Assembly (NCBI GenBank): GCA_910592345.1
Contig: CAJVPI010000343.1
Location: 1-34,361, forward strand
Direction: 5' to 3'
Origin: Paraglomus brasilianum
Taxonomy: Eukaryota
DNA: 34,361 bases
Part shown: one piece after another, positions 10,241-23,004 of the stretch
Layout: every line of letters begins with the position of its first letter
Numbering within the stretch: position 1 is the stretch's first letter
Program-made: the position numbers and the translations under genes
The notes under the pieces: model-generated
What the model was told of the DNA's origin: nothing
What the model saw: only the letters and a program-made list of their open reading frames with translations
Database searches by the model: none

Positions 10241-13200
10241 ATGGAGGTAAAGAAGCTGTTTAACGTGTTTCTTACTCTCAATCTTACAAATGTGAAGACA
10301 CAACGACCCAAGTTTGACGTTATTCATATTTGAAATACTTTATACATACTGTACGGTCATGCTCGCGCGTTGAATATGATTAGGAATTCTGCACGGGTCT
10401 TAATGCACTTCTGAATCAGTTAATCTTTAATGCAACAGATACCGCGACAATACGTGATGTAAGCCTTTATATATGATCGTTCTTGACACAAGTTTCAACT
10501 AATCTAAATTTAATACGTGTATTTTTATCCTCCCCCCACGAAAATGTAATTTGTTTTGTAAAGACAACAGCAACCCTTGATAAGCAATATTATAACAAAC
10601 CTGAATGTATACCTGCCCTTGTAGAAATACTTTCAAAGTCTGAACATTGGCAGGCAAGTTGAAGACGCAGCTTATGGAACGAATGTTAGAACAAAGTATG
10701 ACCGTTTTGTTAACGAATCTAATATGTTCAGGTTCGACAACTATCGGCTGTTGAATTGCGAAAATACACAAATCAATGGTGGTCAAAGCTCGATCAGCAT
10801 ACCATAGAGGGTATTAAGACAAGATTACTTGACGTCATATTGCAAGAACCTCAGTAAGCTTAATTTTTTTGATCAGAGGTCGTATATATAATTCTCTTGC
10901 TTATAATGATAATTTGTTCACAGTACCCTTGTTCGACATTCAACCGCACGGGCAATTTCAGCAATTGCCAATGGTGAAATTCCTGCTGGACAATGGGACA
11001 ACTTGCTAGAGTTTTTGTATCAATGCTGTCAAAGTCCTAATGCGGGTCATCGTGAGGTAACAGACAACAATTGGATCGCAGTATATCGACCGCTTGAGTA
11101 CATTGATCGAATCTGGTTTTTGACTTTGCACCTAGGTTGGAGTCTACGTCCTATACTCTCTATTTGAAGTAATCACAGACGTATTCAACGACCATCGGGG
11201 GCAACTATTCGAATTGTTTAGTAGGTCCTTGAATGACCCCGAAAGCAAAGACGTGAGAACTACTACATTACTGTGAGTAGTGTGAGAGTAATGTATGGTA
11301 GTCGGCATGGGCAATGAGCATAGGAATACGTTTTGGACGGTTGCATGTAGATGATAATAACTCAGATGTTAAATACTAATGCACACCGTCTACCACTTAA
11401 TTACAGGGCTCTTGGTAAAATTGCCGAGTTCATTGAGATTGACGAAGTGGATGATATCGTAAGTCTAATTTTGATGTCAAATCATTTATGATCGCTGTCG
11501 GCTGATCAATTTATCAATTTGGGTCATCAGGCTCAATTTCAAAAATTAGTTCCATCAATGGTCAATGTGCTTCAACAAGCACTCGCCGAGAATGACGAAG
11601 ATGCAGCAACAAAAGGGTTTGAACTGTTCGATACACTGGTTTTGCTTGTATGTTTACCGTGCATTTGTATAAGTGTTTTGATCGTGAATCAAATAACATG
11701 GCTGACCGTTTGTAAACAATTATAGGAAGCTCCACTATTGTCAAAACATATTGCACAATTGATCGAGTTCTTTTTGAACGTAGCTGGAAATCAACAGTAT
11801 GAAGAGTCAATACGTATAATGGCCTTGCAATTTATGATTTGGGTTTCTACATAGTGAGTTGCTTCATTTGTGTACTGACTATTGTATAAAAGAAACTACC
11901 GATTGAATTATTAATCTTTGGACGCAATTACCTATTTAATGTAGTAAAAAGGCAAAAATTCAGCGTCTTAAGCTGGTCAGTCCAATCATTTCACGATTGA
12001 TGCCGATAGGAACTGAGAATGACCCCGATGATGTAACCGAAGATTCTCCCTCAAGGGTATGTTTCTTTCGACTTCTAATTTATATGTCACGTCATTAGTT
12101 GATAATATCTCCATCTTTACTCTTGGTCATAAAAATTTTAGATGGCTTTTCGCGTAATCAATTCTATTTCGACGCAGCTTCCACCTCAACAAGTGTTTCC
12201 AGTAATCTTGGAGCATGTGGTTGCGTACATGCAGAATCATGATCCAACATATCGAAAGGCCGCAATGATGGCATTTGCTGTATGTATATAATACTCGGAA
12301 AACAGTTTCTTACCCTGCGAAACTCAACTCATGCTTTCCTCTTTACTTGTTTAGGTTTTTGTAGAGGGGTGTGCCGAATATATTCGGCCCAAGTTCAATG
12401 ACTTACTGCCTCTCGTCGTTTCTGGCTTACAGGATCCAGAAACTACTGTCAGGAAAGCAGCCTGTATTGCTTTGAGCTGTTTTGCCAGTAAATATAATTT
12501 TTACTTTATGCTTTTTGCCTGAAAACAAGATACACTACTGTCTTTGTCATATAGCCAAGCCCGTGAGTTATCCTTTATCTAACTTTTTATATGATTTATT
12601 TTAGACGAACTTGATGAGGAAGTGACTGAGAATCACAAGACTTTGATGCCGCTAGTATTTAATCTTGTGGATGATCCAAATCCAGAAATTTCAAAACAAG
12701 CCTGTGGTGCATTAGATGCAATTCTTGAAGGCTTGGATGAAGAGATAATTGTCCCATATTTGCCTGCAGTGATGCAAAAATTATTAACACTAGCAGACTG
12801 TGTCTCTGGAGAGAGAGTTATTCCTGTGTTTGCTGCAATTGGTAGTGCAGCGCATTCAGCCAATGGGGTGATTATAATACAGTCCAGCGTTATTATAATT
12901 ATATAATGCCTTTGTTATTCAATGTTCTCTGATTTAAACTTTTATCTTTATGCAGGAGTTTAAGCCATACTTTGCACAAACGCTTCCCAAATTGCAAGTA
13001 TTAATGTCGAAATCAAAGACTGAGGAAGATCTAAAAATTCGCGGAGTTGCTACTGATACCCTTGGCGCTATTGCCGAAGCTGTTGGACGCGACGAATTCA
13101 AGGTATTCACACGAAAGCCATGATCTAATTATATATTACATACGATTTCTAAACATTCCTGTTTTATTGATTCCAATAGCCATACGTTGCAAACTTTATG

Positions 13201-15421
13201 CAGTTGGCAATTGATGGTTTGCAGCATGACCATCCCCAATTAAGAGAATGCAGCTACTGCTTCTTTTCAGTAATGGCTCGCGTGTTTGGTAGTGACTTTG
13301 CACCATATCTTGTAGTGATAATGCCACAATTGATAAAGAGCTGCCAGATTGAGGAAAAGGATTTGTTCGAAATTGAAGGTGAGTTTGTATGTTTTGAATA
13401 CGTGGTGAGTGGACAGTGCGTGCTCAAATATTTTTTTAATTAAGTGCCTGACGAAGAAGACTTGGGTGAATCAGATGAAGAAGATGAAGCCTATACATTT
13501 AATCACGACATAATTGACGAAAAAGAGATTGCTGCTGAAGCGATTGGTGAAATATTTACCAATGCGAAATCAGATTTCTTACCATACGTTGAACCTTGTG
13601 TGAATGAGCTGAATAAACTAGGGACACATCATGCTGAAAGTGTAAGAAAAACGGCAGCACGGTCATTGTGTCGCTTTATGGTTACATTCTATGAAATGGC
13701 TAAGCTTCCGCCATGGGAACCTGGGCTTCCATTGGTAAGAAAGTAAACGTATTTGATACACATCGTTAGCTTGCACCGTGTATTCACACTGTTGTAAACA
13801 GAGAGTTCCAGTACATTCGAACGTGGAAACTATGGTTAAATATGCAATGTCTACTATTGTGGCCATTTGGGAAGATGAAGAGGCCAAGTAAGTAGCTGGA
13901 AGTTGGATTTTTTATCATGGCCCAAAATCTATTCTCAGACTGATGTGTTCAACACGTTAATAGTGAATTATGGCTTATCACATAAGCATCTAATTATGGA
14001 TATGTATTCTAATCATTAGGTCTGTGGTCATTGAAATCTGTCAACAACTCGTTGTCGCGCTGAAAGAATGTGGCCCATGCATAATAGCTGAATGTAAGCC
14101 TTTTCTACATATTGTGTCTCTCGTTATGGATGTGCGTGTCTTATAAGACTAACCGTTGCGTTTTTTATAGGCGTGGACGAAGTTTCCAACATCACATTGA
14201 AGCTCTTTGAAAAAACGCATCCTTGTCAAACAGATCAGGGAGATGAAGATGGAGTTCTTGATGACGATGAAGAAGCAGAACTGGACGCCAAAGTAATTGA
14301 CGTAGCATCGGATCTTGTTGCTGCAACAGCCTCAGTTATCGGACCAGAATTCTCGGAATACTTTAAAGTATTCTTACCACATATTAAAAAATACTATGTA
14401 AGTACGTCTGTTGGTCCTATACTGAAAGCGGCTATTTCAGTCGTTGACTTGCTGCATGTCATTATTATTTAATAGAAAAAATCAAGGCCCGTGTCAGACA
14501 GATCTATGGCAATTGGCTGTTTGAGTGAATGTGCTCTCGGATTGAAAGAAGGAATTACGCCATTCACTGAAGTGTGTATTAAAACACCTTGTGCATTTTT
14601 GCGCATAGGAGGATTAAATTATCTAACTTCTATATGTTAGGCGATATTACCATTGTTTTTGAAATCAATTAACGATGAAGCAGATGAAGTCCGAAGCAAT
14701 GGTGCTTACGGTATTGGTCTTTTATGCCAATATTCAAAAGCGGACATGGTGTCGTAAGTTCAGAGAATGAAATTTATTCGTTTGTAGTGTATTCAACGAG
14801 TTGTGTTAATCTTTCAATTTAACTCACCAAATTTATGTCGGAATAGACACTATCCGGCCATACTCACGGCATTGCATTCATTATTTGGAGCTTCTTCATT
14901 TGTGAATATCGCGGATAATGCATGCGGGGCTGTGTCAAGGATGATTCTAGCTCATCCTGAAGCAGTGCCACTTGAGCAAGTAAGAAATTGGATATATTTG
15001 TTATTAAAGTGTATTTTGCGTTTGTTATCTAAAGAAGTTTTGGTTTTTGCGGGAGCAGGTTCTCCAAGTGTTGTTTTCAACGTTACCGCTTAAACAAGAC
15101 TTTGAAGAGAATGAACCAATTTTCCAATGTATATTCCAACTATTTCGTGCAAATAATGCATTCGTAAGTTACTGTTTCAGTAATTGATGCTATAGTAGGG
15201 CTTCTTGCATTATTTATGATGACTAACTATCATTTACTTCATCGTAACAGGTATTCAATCAGTTACCGACTCTTCTAAATATATTTGCCAAAGTTCTTGG
15301 TCCGCCTGAAGGACAATTAAAAGAAAGCATACGCCATGAACTCATAGAATTGATAAAGGCATTGGCTAAACAATATCCAGAAATTATGAACAGACCTGAC
15401 TTGGTCGCAGTTATGGCATAG
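10241..15421 (+). CDS. KAP123: Importin beta-4 / karyopherin Kap123 (IPO4 family), about 24 exons
   Basis: The spliced translation gives HEAT-repeat importin hallmarks: VRQLSAVELRK (IBN_N), LVRHSTARAISAIA..EIPAGQWDNLLEFL, acidic loops (DLGESDEEDEA..DEKEIAAEAIGEIF), DEVRSNGAYGIG, DNACGAVSRMI and PLKQDFEENEP. Introns are short GT-AG. Proposed exon 1 is ATGGAG (10241-10246); the stop TAG ends at 15421. Confidence 0.93.
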
Positions 15422-16264
15422 CGAATTTAATACTTAGATGGAAATGCACTTTTAATAGTATAATATATCATGAATCAATAAAACAATTTCATTTATGAGG
15501 CCTTTACATCTATGTGTATTGTCTTTTCGAAATTCATGACGTTTGACCATTGTCACATTATTTTATCTCTTTAACACGTGCGCTCCCCAAATTACGTGCT
15601 AGCATCATATGATATCACTAGCAAAAGATTATGTTTCCTGAGCTTAAGAACCCATTGATAGTTTCCCACCATATTGGTAGATGCAAGATCACATGTTACC
15701 CTCCGGCGTTTGTATAATGATATATAACTATCTACCAAATACAGAGATTGATTTCCGTTTTAATCATCCATCCGTCAATTCTGTCTTTTTATACAGTATA
15801 CATTAAGCAGTGTATTGTACTGATATGACTGCAGAAGTAACCGGAAACAGTTGTGGCTACAATCACAATGATAAAGCTTTTGAATGTGTGTTGTTGTACA
15901 GACTATCGAAAAATTAAAAATTTATTCTTATTAAAAATTTAATAATAAATGTCGATGAATGCAAAACGTAAGTATAGTATTGCAGATTGTGGCTATGACG
16001 GTAAACATAGAAGGCCTTGTATTAGGTAGATAAGGTTTTGCAAAATAGTTCTTTCATAGTTTCCCGATTTACTTTTTGCCGTGTACCAGCCAATAAACTC
16101 ATTCTAATCGCTATAAATACTTTCATAGTGTAAACACACATGTAGTAGCGTTTCACTAGCATTTTTGTACGATCTGCTCTTCACGATGTATATATAGCAC
16201 TCTTACACTCGATATGTATTATTGTTTTCAAAAACGACCCGAAGTGGCAGCAATATAATAAGAA

Positions 16265-17977
16265 ATGAGTAAACAAAAGTTTGCATATAATATCGATACG
16301 AGTTATTATTATGGTAATGGAACCACATTTGAAAGAAAAGCTCAGTTGTTTCAAAATGCATCAATGCATGCAAATACATTATTTGCTCTTGCACCATGTT
16401 ATAAAAATGTAACTACAAGCAATCCAAAAGCAGACGTGCAAAGATATGCCAATGCTTTATTTAATCTTGCGTTGAGCTGTAAAAACGAAACTGGAAATGA
16501 TCAAAAGGTTGTTGAGTTATTTCAAAAAGCTGCTGAACAGGGGCATGCCAGGGCACAATTTAATCTTGCTTCTTGCTATAAGAATGGAATTGGAGTAAAA
16601 AAAAATGATCAAAAAGCAGCTGAGCTGTTTCAATTAGCCGCTGAAAAGGGACATGCTAGAGCACAATATAATCTTGCATTATGCTATAAGAATGGATGTG
16701 GTGTGGAAATAGATGATCACAAAGCATTTGAGTTTTACCAAAAAGCTGCTGAACAAGGGTATAGCAGAGCACAATGTAATCTTGGTGTGTGTTATGAAAA
16801 TGGTACTGGGGTAGAAAAAAATTATCAAAAGGCAGTTGAATTCTATCAAAAAGCAGCCGAGCAAGGACATGCTCGAGCACAATGCAACCTTGGTTTATGT
16901 TATCAAAATGGAACTGGAATAGAAAAAGATAGCCAAAAAGCATTTCAACTTTATCAACAAGCTGCTGAACAAGGATATGCTAGTGCACAATACAACCTTG
17001 CTTTATGTTATAAACATAGTATTGGAACAGTTAAAAATGATCATGAAGCAATTAAATTATATCAAAAAGCTGCTGCTCAAGGAGATGCTGATGCACAGTA
17101 CAATCTTGCTCTGTGTTATAAATCTGGAATTGGCATAGAAAAAAAAGATGAGTTTGCAGTTGAATTGTATCAAAAGGCAGCTGAGCAAGGACTTTTGAAA
17201 GCACAATACAATCTTGCTTTATGTTATGAAAATGGAACAGGAGTGGAAATAAATGTCTTGAAGGCAGTTGAATTATATCAAAAGGCAGCTGAACATGGAC
17301 ATGCAAATGCACAATACAATCTTGCTTTATGTTTTGAAAATGGAACTGGAGTAGTAAGAGATTATCAGAAGGCAGTTGAGTTATATCAAAAAGCAGCTAA
17401 TCAAGGACATGCTTGTGCACAGCATAATCTTGGCATTTGTTATCAATATGGAACTGGAATACAGAAAGATGATCAAAAAGCAGTTGTATTTTATCAAAAA
17501 GCTGTTGAACAAGGTAATGCTAATGCACAATATGATTTTGCATTGTGCTATAAATATGGAATTGGAGTAGAAAAGGATGTCCAAAAAGAAGTTGAACTGT
17601 ATCAAAGAGCAGCTGATCAGGGAATTATTGAGGCACAATACAATCTTGCTTTTTGTTATAAATATAAAATTGGAGTAGAAAAAGATGATGAAAAAGCATA
17701 TAAATTATTCCAAAAAGCTGCTGAACAGGGTGATGCCAATGCACAATATAATCTTGCTTTATTTTATAAATATGGAATTGTAACACAACAGGATGACAAA
17801 ATGGCAGTCCAATTTTATCAACAAGCTGCTAAGCAAGGGCATGCCAAGGCACAACACAACCTAGCTTTATGTTATAAATATGGAACAGGAGTAGCCAAAG
17901 ATAACCAAAAGGCAATTGAACTGTTTCAAAAAGCAGCTGAACAAGGGCATAACAGGGCACAGCATTATCTTCTTTAA
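16265..17977 (+). CDS. Sel1-like repeat (SLR) protein, 14 repeats plus degenerate N-terminal copies
   Basis: Intronless 570-aa ORF of 36-aa units with consensus AxAQYNLALCYxxGxGVEKDxxKAVELYQKAAEQGH. No kinase domain and no signal peptide. Confidence 0.95.
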   Translation: MSKQKFAYNIDTSYYYGNGTTFERKAQLFQNASMHANTLFALAPCYKNVTTSNPKADVQRYANALFNLALSCKNETGNDQKVVELFQKAAEQGHARAQFNLASCYKNGIGVKKNDQKAAELFQLAAEKGHARAQYNLALCYKNGCGVEIDDHKAFEFYQKAAEQGYSRAQCNLGVCYENGTGVEKNYQKAVEFYQKAAEQGHARAQCNLGLCYQNGTGIEKDSQKAFQLYQQAAEQGYASAQYNLALCYKHSIGTVKNDHEAIKLYQKAAAQGDADAQYNLALCYKSGIGIEKKDEFAVELYQKAAEQGLLKAQYNLALCYENGTGVEINVLKAVELYQKAAEHGHANAQYNLALCFENGTGVVRDYQKAVELYQKAANQGHACAQHNLGICYQYGTGIQKDDQKAVVFYQKAVEQGNANAQYDFALCYKYGIGVEKDVQKEVELYQRAADQGIIEAQYNLAFCYKYKIGVEKDDEKAYKLFQKAAEQGDANAQYNLALFYKYGIVTQQDDKMAVQFYQQAAKQGHAKAQHNLALCYKYGTGVAKDNQKAIELFQKAAEQGHNRAQHYLL

Positions 17978-20036
17978 TGTTAACAAAATGAAGACATATT
18001 ATTCCAACTATAGAAAATTGATGTATTAATATATAATGACCTTGAGGTTTTAGTTCCGTCCCAGCCTTAACTTTTAGGAATTTTTTAGAATAGTTGTCTG
18101 TTTGAGCTTGGGTCTGAGGACTGTCTTGCTGACAGCAATCCTGGTTTACAATAGAACTATCTTTAACTTTGTCCCTTTATTGTAAGGTCGTTTATCTAAT
18201 GGAAAGAGACTGAGAACTAATGTGTGACTCTAAACATACATGTACAATTCTAATTTATTACAGCCATTTACAGTTACAATAAAAATCAATATCATCTCAG
18301 TGAGAGATTTATTATTTTTGTTAAATATAAAGTCTTCCATTGCATTGTTGTGATGCTTTTCAATAGGCTTTCAGTTTATTCTACTTACTCATAAACTTCG
18401 ACACCATATCTTAGATGATTTTGGAATATTCAAACATGATGAAACGAGAAGCAATTTTTGCATATTATAATTAGTCAATGTTATTACTATTTATTATTAT
18501 GTGATGTCTTAAATAATAACGATAAAGATGTGTGTAACATGTCCTTTTATCAGGTATTAAACTTACCCCGATTACAACATATAAAGTTCATAGTGATTTT
18601 ATTGCGTTGAATTTCAGGCATTACAATACTCATATATGATTGACAAATATTTATAGATTATAAAGAAATGAAAAGAAGCGATGTACTCATTATTGTTTCA
18701 AATAAAATATAGAAGCAAGCCAAAAGTGAAAGTAGTAATGAAGTCTTTTTGTTAGACTCTTTTTATCAAAGAATGTTATACCAAATACATCATCACACAC
18801 ACAGTAAGGGTGACAAAAAGCAACTACGAGTGTTTGTTTAAAATAAAACATTATGTGTAACAGAACAATTTAGCTGTTTACAGCAACTTCTTAGCATCGG
18901 GAATTAATATAGCGGTGATGAAACAGTTCTTACTATTACGAATGTCATTAATTAATTGTACCGATTATATTCTTTAATTCGTTTTTGCCAAAAAAAGGTT
19001 GAGTAATCGGCATTTCAACTGACGAAGACATACTTGAAATAATTTCTGTTCAAAAAAAACGACATGATTCCTTGGATTCTTGGAAAGCTCAACGTACGTC
19101 CTCCGCAAGTTAGTACAGACATTGAAAATACGAGATAAACGGTTGTTTTTCTTTTACGTCTTGAGGAATATTTACTTTACGATAACAAAGCTCAATAATA
19201 AGGTTCATTCTGTACGCTGAAAGAAACCAGATACATATTGTATTACTAAAATAATTCCATTTAAGGAAACACCACATGATTACGTTGTCGGGATTGTGAA
19301 CACGTTAAACCTCCGCTTGCGTAAACATCGATTGGACTTGCTGACCTTGAAAAAATATAATACGTATGTTTGAATGCTGTGATGACTGATTGAACGTCTG
19401 TCTCATTGTCGATGAGATTAGTAAACCAGTGAAGTGCATTTACTCCGTCAGTTTCAGATTCTTTGCATCAACATTTGGCATTATACGTAAGAAAAGGAAC
19501 AAAGAACCGTAATACAACAACGCAAACAGTAGGTCAACATTCCCTTCAAGCCGTATTCGGCATTGTAGTATTTTGAACGTTGAAGAATGCTAACCGACAA
19601 AGAATTTCTAATTTATTTGAAATTCATCGTAGGCACAGTAGACATATTGTCAAGACAAACCATTTACGTTTGTACGAGGATAAACGTAATGTGAACGCAA
19701 TATATATAGTAGCTGCGTATATATGCATGTTTATATGTTTATGCGTATATTTATGAAGTCATATGATTAATTTACTTGTCAGATGACACTCAACGTACAT
19801 TTTGTGGTACCATACCCATCCAAAAGTACAATCGCTGTGCCACAGAGGAATATAAACGTTACAAATTTTACGCCTTCATTTGGAAAAACAATAAACAGTG
19901 TTACCAGTTATAAGCTGGAGTAGCAACCTTATCCGGTCAAATACATTTCAAGGGAGAAATTGATAAGTTGACTGACAATCGCACAAAAATCAATTATTTA
20001 AGAGATCAAAATCTTTGCCTGCATCATATCAAAAAT

Positions 20037-21839
20037 ATGCAAAAATTTTTCTGCTTTCACAATAAGGCTAAATCAAAGCCGAAGGCCAAAGATGCTGAGG
20101 CCAACTCTGATTCCACCACGGCTACTCTCGTCGCTTCAGCGCTCATATCAGATTTAGAGAAACAAAATCATCCCGAAATATCGTCAAAGCGTTACATCGA
20201 TGATGCCGAGTCGAAAAATGGCGCTACCGTGGTCTCATCATCACTAATACCCGATTTAGAAAAGCTGAATCTTCCAGAAGAACGTCTGAAACGGTACATC
20301 GATGAAGTGGAAGCAAAGGAATCACATTCCGACTCCGATCTAGAATTAAGAAATAAAGCTGCTGCGTTGCGAGAGAATGCCATCTCCAAGACACTCAACA
20401 AAATAAAGCGCTCGATGGAAGTTGATCTTTGTTTTGTTTTAGACTGCACGAGCTCCATGTATGGTCACATTGCTGCTGCTAAAGATTGCATCTTGCAGGT
20501 AGTAAACTACGTAAAGAGTACAAATCCTAGTATCAAAATCTGTGTTGGCTTTTGCGGTTATCGTGATCACTGTGATGGACGCAAACGTCTGCAAATTCTT
20601 GATTTTACCAGCTCCTACGAGAAATTTAGAGCCTACTTGTCTCACGTACCAGCAACAGGGGGCGGTGACACACCAGAAGATGTCCTCGGCGGTCTTAATG
20701 CAGCTATAACTAAACTGAGCTGGCGACATGGGACTCGCATTCTTCTTCACATCGGTGATTGTCCACCGCACGGTCGGCGCTATCATGCTGTGGATGATAC
20801 CTACCCAGATGGCGACCCGCATGGCTTGACAGCGGAAAGCGTACTCACGGAGATGCAAATAGAAAATATTCTTTATTTCTTCGGAAAGGTTACAGACCAG
20901 ACAGACACAATGATTGAAGTCTTCCGTAGCATAATTGGTGAATTTCCGGTATTTGATCTGGTGGGTGGAGATCCGATCACATTAATCGACAGACTTTATA
21001 AAGCCGCTTGTTCAGCCATTACCAGTTCTGTCACACTTACTAGTACGATAGGAAGCGATATCAAAAATGTATACTCAATGCGGAAGAAAAGACTCGAGAT
21101 GAATCCGAATGAACCAGATTGGAATGAATCAGTGTCACATACAGGGGTGGTGCTGTGGTACCGTACTCCCAAAACGGTGGGCGAGCTTAAACATCACGGA
21201 TATTTCAACAAGTCAAACCTCTTTTCTCGAAATTTCTCTTTCAAGATGTCTGCAGAGCCATTTTCAGCTGGTGCCGAGAGATATGCATACTTTGGTATGG
21301 ACACGAAAAGTGAACCAAACCGAAAAGTCGTGATAAAAGAATATCTTAGCCTTAAACAACATACAAATCTCATTGAAAAATATCTTGAAGCAGTGGAAGT
21401 CTCTACGGTCGCGCATTATCTTTCCGTCAAATTCAATTTAGCCATAAAGCGAATGGACGTTAAAAAAGTAAATTTTCTTGAAGTAAAGCTGTTGCGTAGT
21501 ACTATCGACTTTAAGACTCAGTACTATGCAGTAGAGCCGAGGCTTCAAGATGCAGAATTTAAGAGATTCAATGTGAACAGTGGTGTGATTGTGGAACTTC
21601 GTCCTTCTCTCGAAGCATTTGCCCATTTCACGTACGAGTACACCAACAAATATTTGGTAGTTTATGATCTTCAAGGAGTAGAGCTGTCCGATGAGTTTTT
21701 CTTAACGGATCCTGCAATACATTGTGTTGATCCATTAAGATTCGGAAAAACAAATCTTGGTGTAAAGGGAATTACCAATTGCTTTCTTGCAAATCATAAA
21801 TGTAATGACATTTGTAAAAAGTTGGGCTTAAGCCGCTGA
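20037..21839 (+). CDS. von Willebrand factor A domain + alpha-kinase (eEF2K/MHCK family; VwkA-like architecture)
   Basis: vWA motifs: DLCFVLDCTSSM (MIDAS-like), GYRDH, TGGGDTPED, HIGDCPPHG. Alpha-kinase motifs: PFSAGAERYAY, VVIKEY, VEPRL, FNVNSG, AFAHFTY, DLQGV, LTDPAIH, FGKTNLG and the Zn-site HKCNDIC. First ATG is at 20037; the frame is open from 19968. Confidence 0.95.
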   Translation: MQKFFCFHNKAKSKPKAKDAEANSDSTTATLVASALISDLEKQNHPEISSKRYIDDAESKNGATVVSSSLIPDLEKLNLPEERLKRYIDEVEAKESHSDSDLELRNKAAALRENAISKTLNKIKRSMEVDLCFVLDCTSSMYGHIAAAKDCILQVVNYVKSTNPSIKICVGFCGYRDHCDGRKRLQILDFTSSYEKFRAYLSHVPATGGGDTPEDVLGGLNAAITKLSWRHGTRILLHIGDCPPHGRRYHAVDDTYPDGDPHGLTAESVLTEMQIENILYFFGKVTDQTDTMIEVFRSIIGEFPVFDLVGGDPITLIDRLYKAACSAITSSVTLTSTIGSDIKNVYSMRKKRLEMNPNEPDWNESVSHTGVVLWYRTPKTVGELKHHGYFNKSNLFSRNFSFKMSAEPFSAGAERYAYFGMDTKSEPNRKVVIKEYLSLKQHTNLIEKYLEAVEVSTVAHYLSVKFNLAIKRMDVKKVNFLEVKLLRSTIDFKTQYYAVEPRLQDAEFKRFNVNSGVIVELRPSLEAFAHFTYEYTNKYLVVYDLQGVELSDEFFLTDPAIHCVDPLRFGKTNLGVKGITNCFLANHKCNDICKKLGLSR

Positions 21840-23004
21840 GTTATTTGTATATAATCTGTATTTGCAAATTAGTAAATATAATAAATAATGCTTGAATAGC
21901 TTACATAAATGGATTACTCGCTTAAGGTTATTGATATGCACACATGTCATTGCATGCATAAATAGCACTGTAACACAACCGTCCCGTAACATCACTTTGT
22001 TTGATCGTAGACATACAGCAGCGCGAATAAATAATTTAGAATCCCTCTGACTATAAATTCATGCAATTCGACACAAAACGACGATAAAATGACATCGGCT
22101 TCTACCGCTTTACGAAAGCCTAGAGTTAATAAATAAATATCTTATTACGAAACTTATTAATAGTCGACGTACTATTGTGTCTATACATAAGCTGCGATTA
22201 CAACGTACAGATTTATAAAGGAATAGAGTAAGACTTTGAAAAGTCGCTCCAATAATGTTTACGTAATAAACTGCACGCAAAAAATGCTATCAAACAGTAC
22301 GAATTATATGCACGACTTCTTAAGTTTCGCTCCCTCCAGAAGAATTCTTCCAGAACCCAGACACTCGGTCAAGAACCCAGTTGTCTCAGTCCAGAACTGA
22401 GACAGGTCCCAACTGAGGTATAACTATACGTTGAGATCCAGAGATTTGGCTCGCTATAATTGAATTTTGACTTTCGAGCCTTTACCATTGTCGAAAACAT
22501 TTTATACATGGTAAACCAAACGAGTTATTTGATAGATACGAAGACAGCTGAATTCAAGAGTTAAGGGATTTAAAGCTGTAATTTGGTTAAATCTGACACG
22601 ATTATCGTCGAGATGTTTTTCAACTCACTGTTTTTAGCCAAGCCGTAGCCGCTTGCAGATAGATACATAGTGCTTTATAATATTAATATTAAGCTAGTCT
22701 TCATTTTATTTCAACTTGTATGGTATTAACCGTAGTGATCAATTTCATATGATTTAGCACGTTACATATGATATTTTAGTATGGCTCTTTGGATGGGCAA
22801 TTTAGGTTAATTATTGAAAAAAGAGGTTGCGTAATACGATACTGCGCGGTATATCAACCAATTTTATCATTTTTTGGGGCGGGATCGCCTCACATGGAAT
22901 CGAAATGTCTTATTAGTAACGGCCCGATATACGCATATATAAAAAAGCTCAGGAAGCAATTCAACATGTAGTAACTTCACTACAGAATTCTGAAAAACGC
23001 TCCC

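Noticed and set aside
11519..15093. Separate short ORFs listed in the track across this span
   Set aside because: They are exons of the single KAP123 gene read into introns, or antisense shadows of it.
16656..17638. Several antisense and alternate-frame ORFs over the Sel1 gene
   Set aside because: Shadow ORFs produced by the 108-bp repeat periodicity; no independent coding signal.
18990..19400. Protein-like scraps upstream of the alpha-kinase (e.g. PDTYCITKIIPFKETPHDYVVGIVN)
   Set aside because: Short, interrupted and without a recognisable motif; cannot be distinguished from chance by eye.
22330..22420. CCAGA-rich stretch with hairpin TGTCTCAGT-CCAGA-ACTGAGACA
   Set aside because: Too short to assign; probably a repeat remnant, with no RNA gene features.
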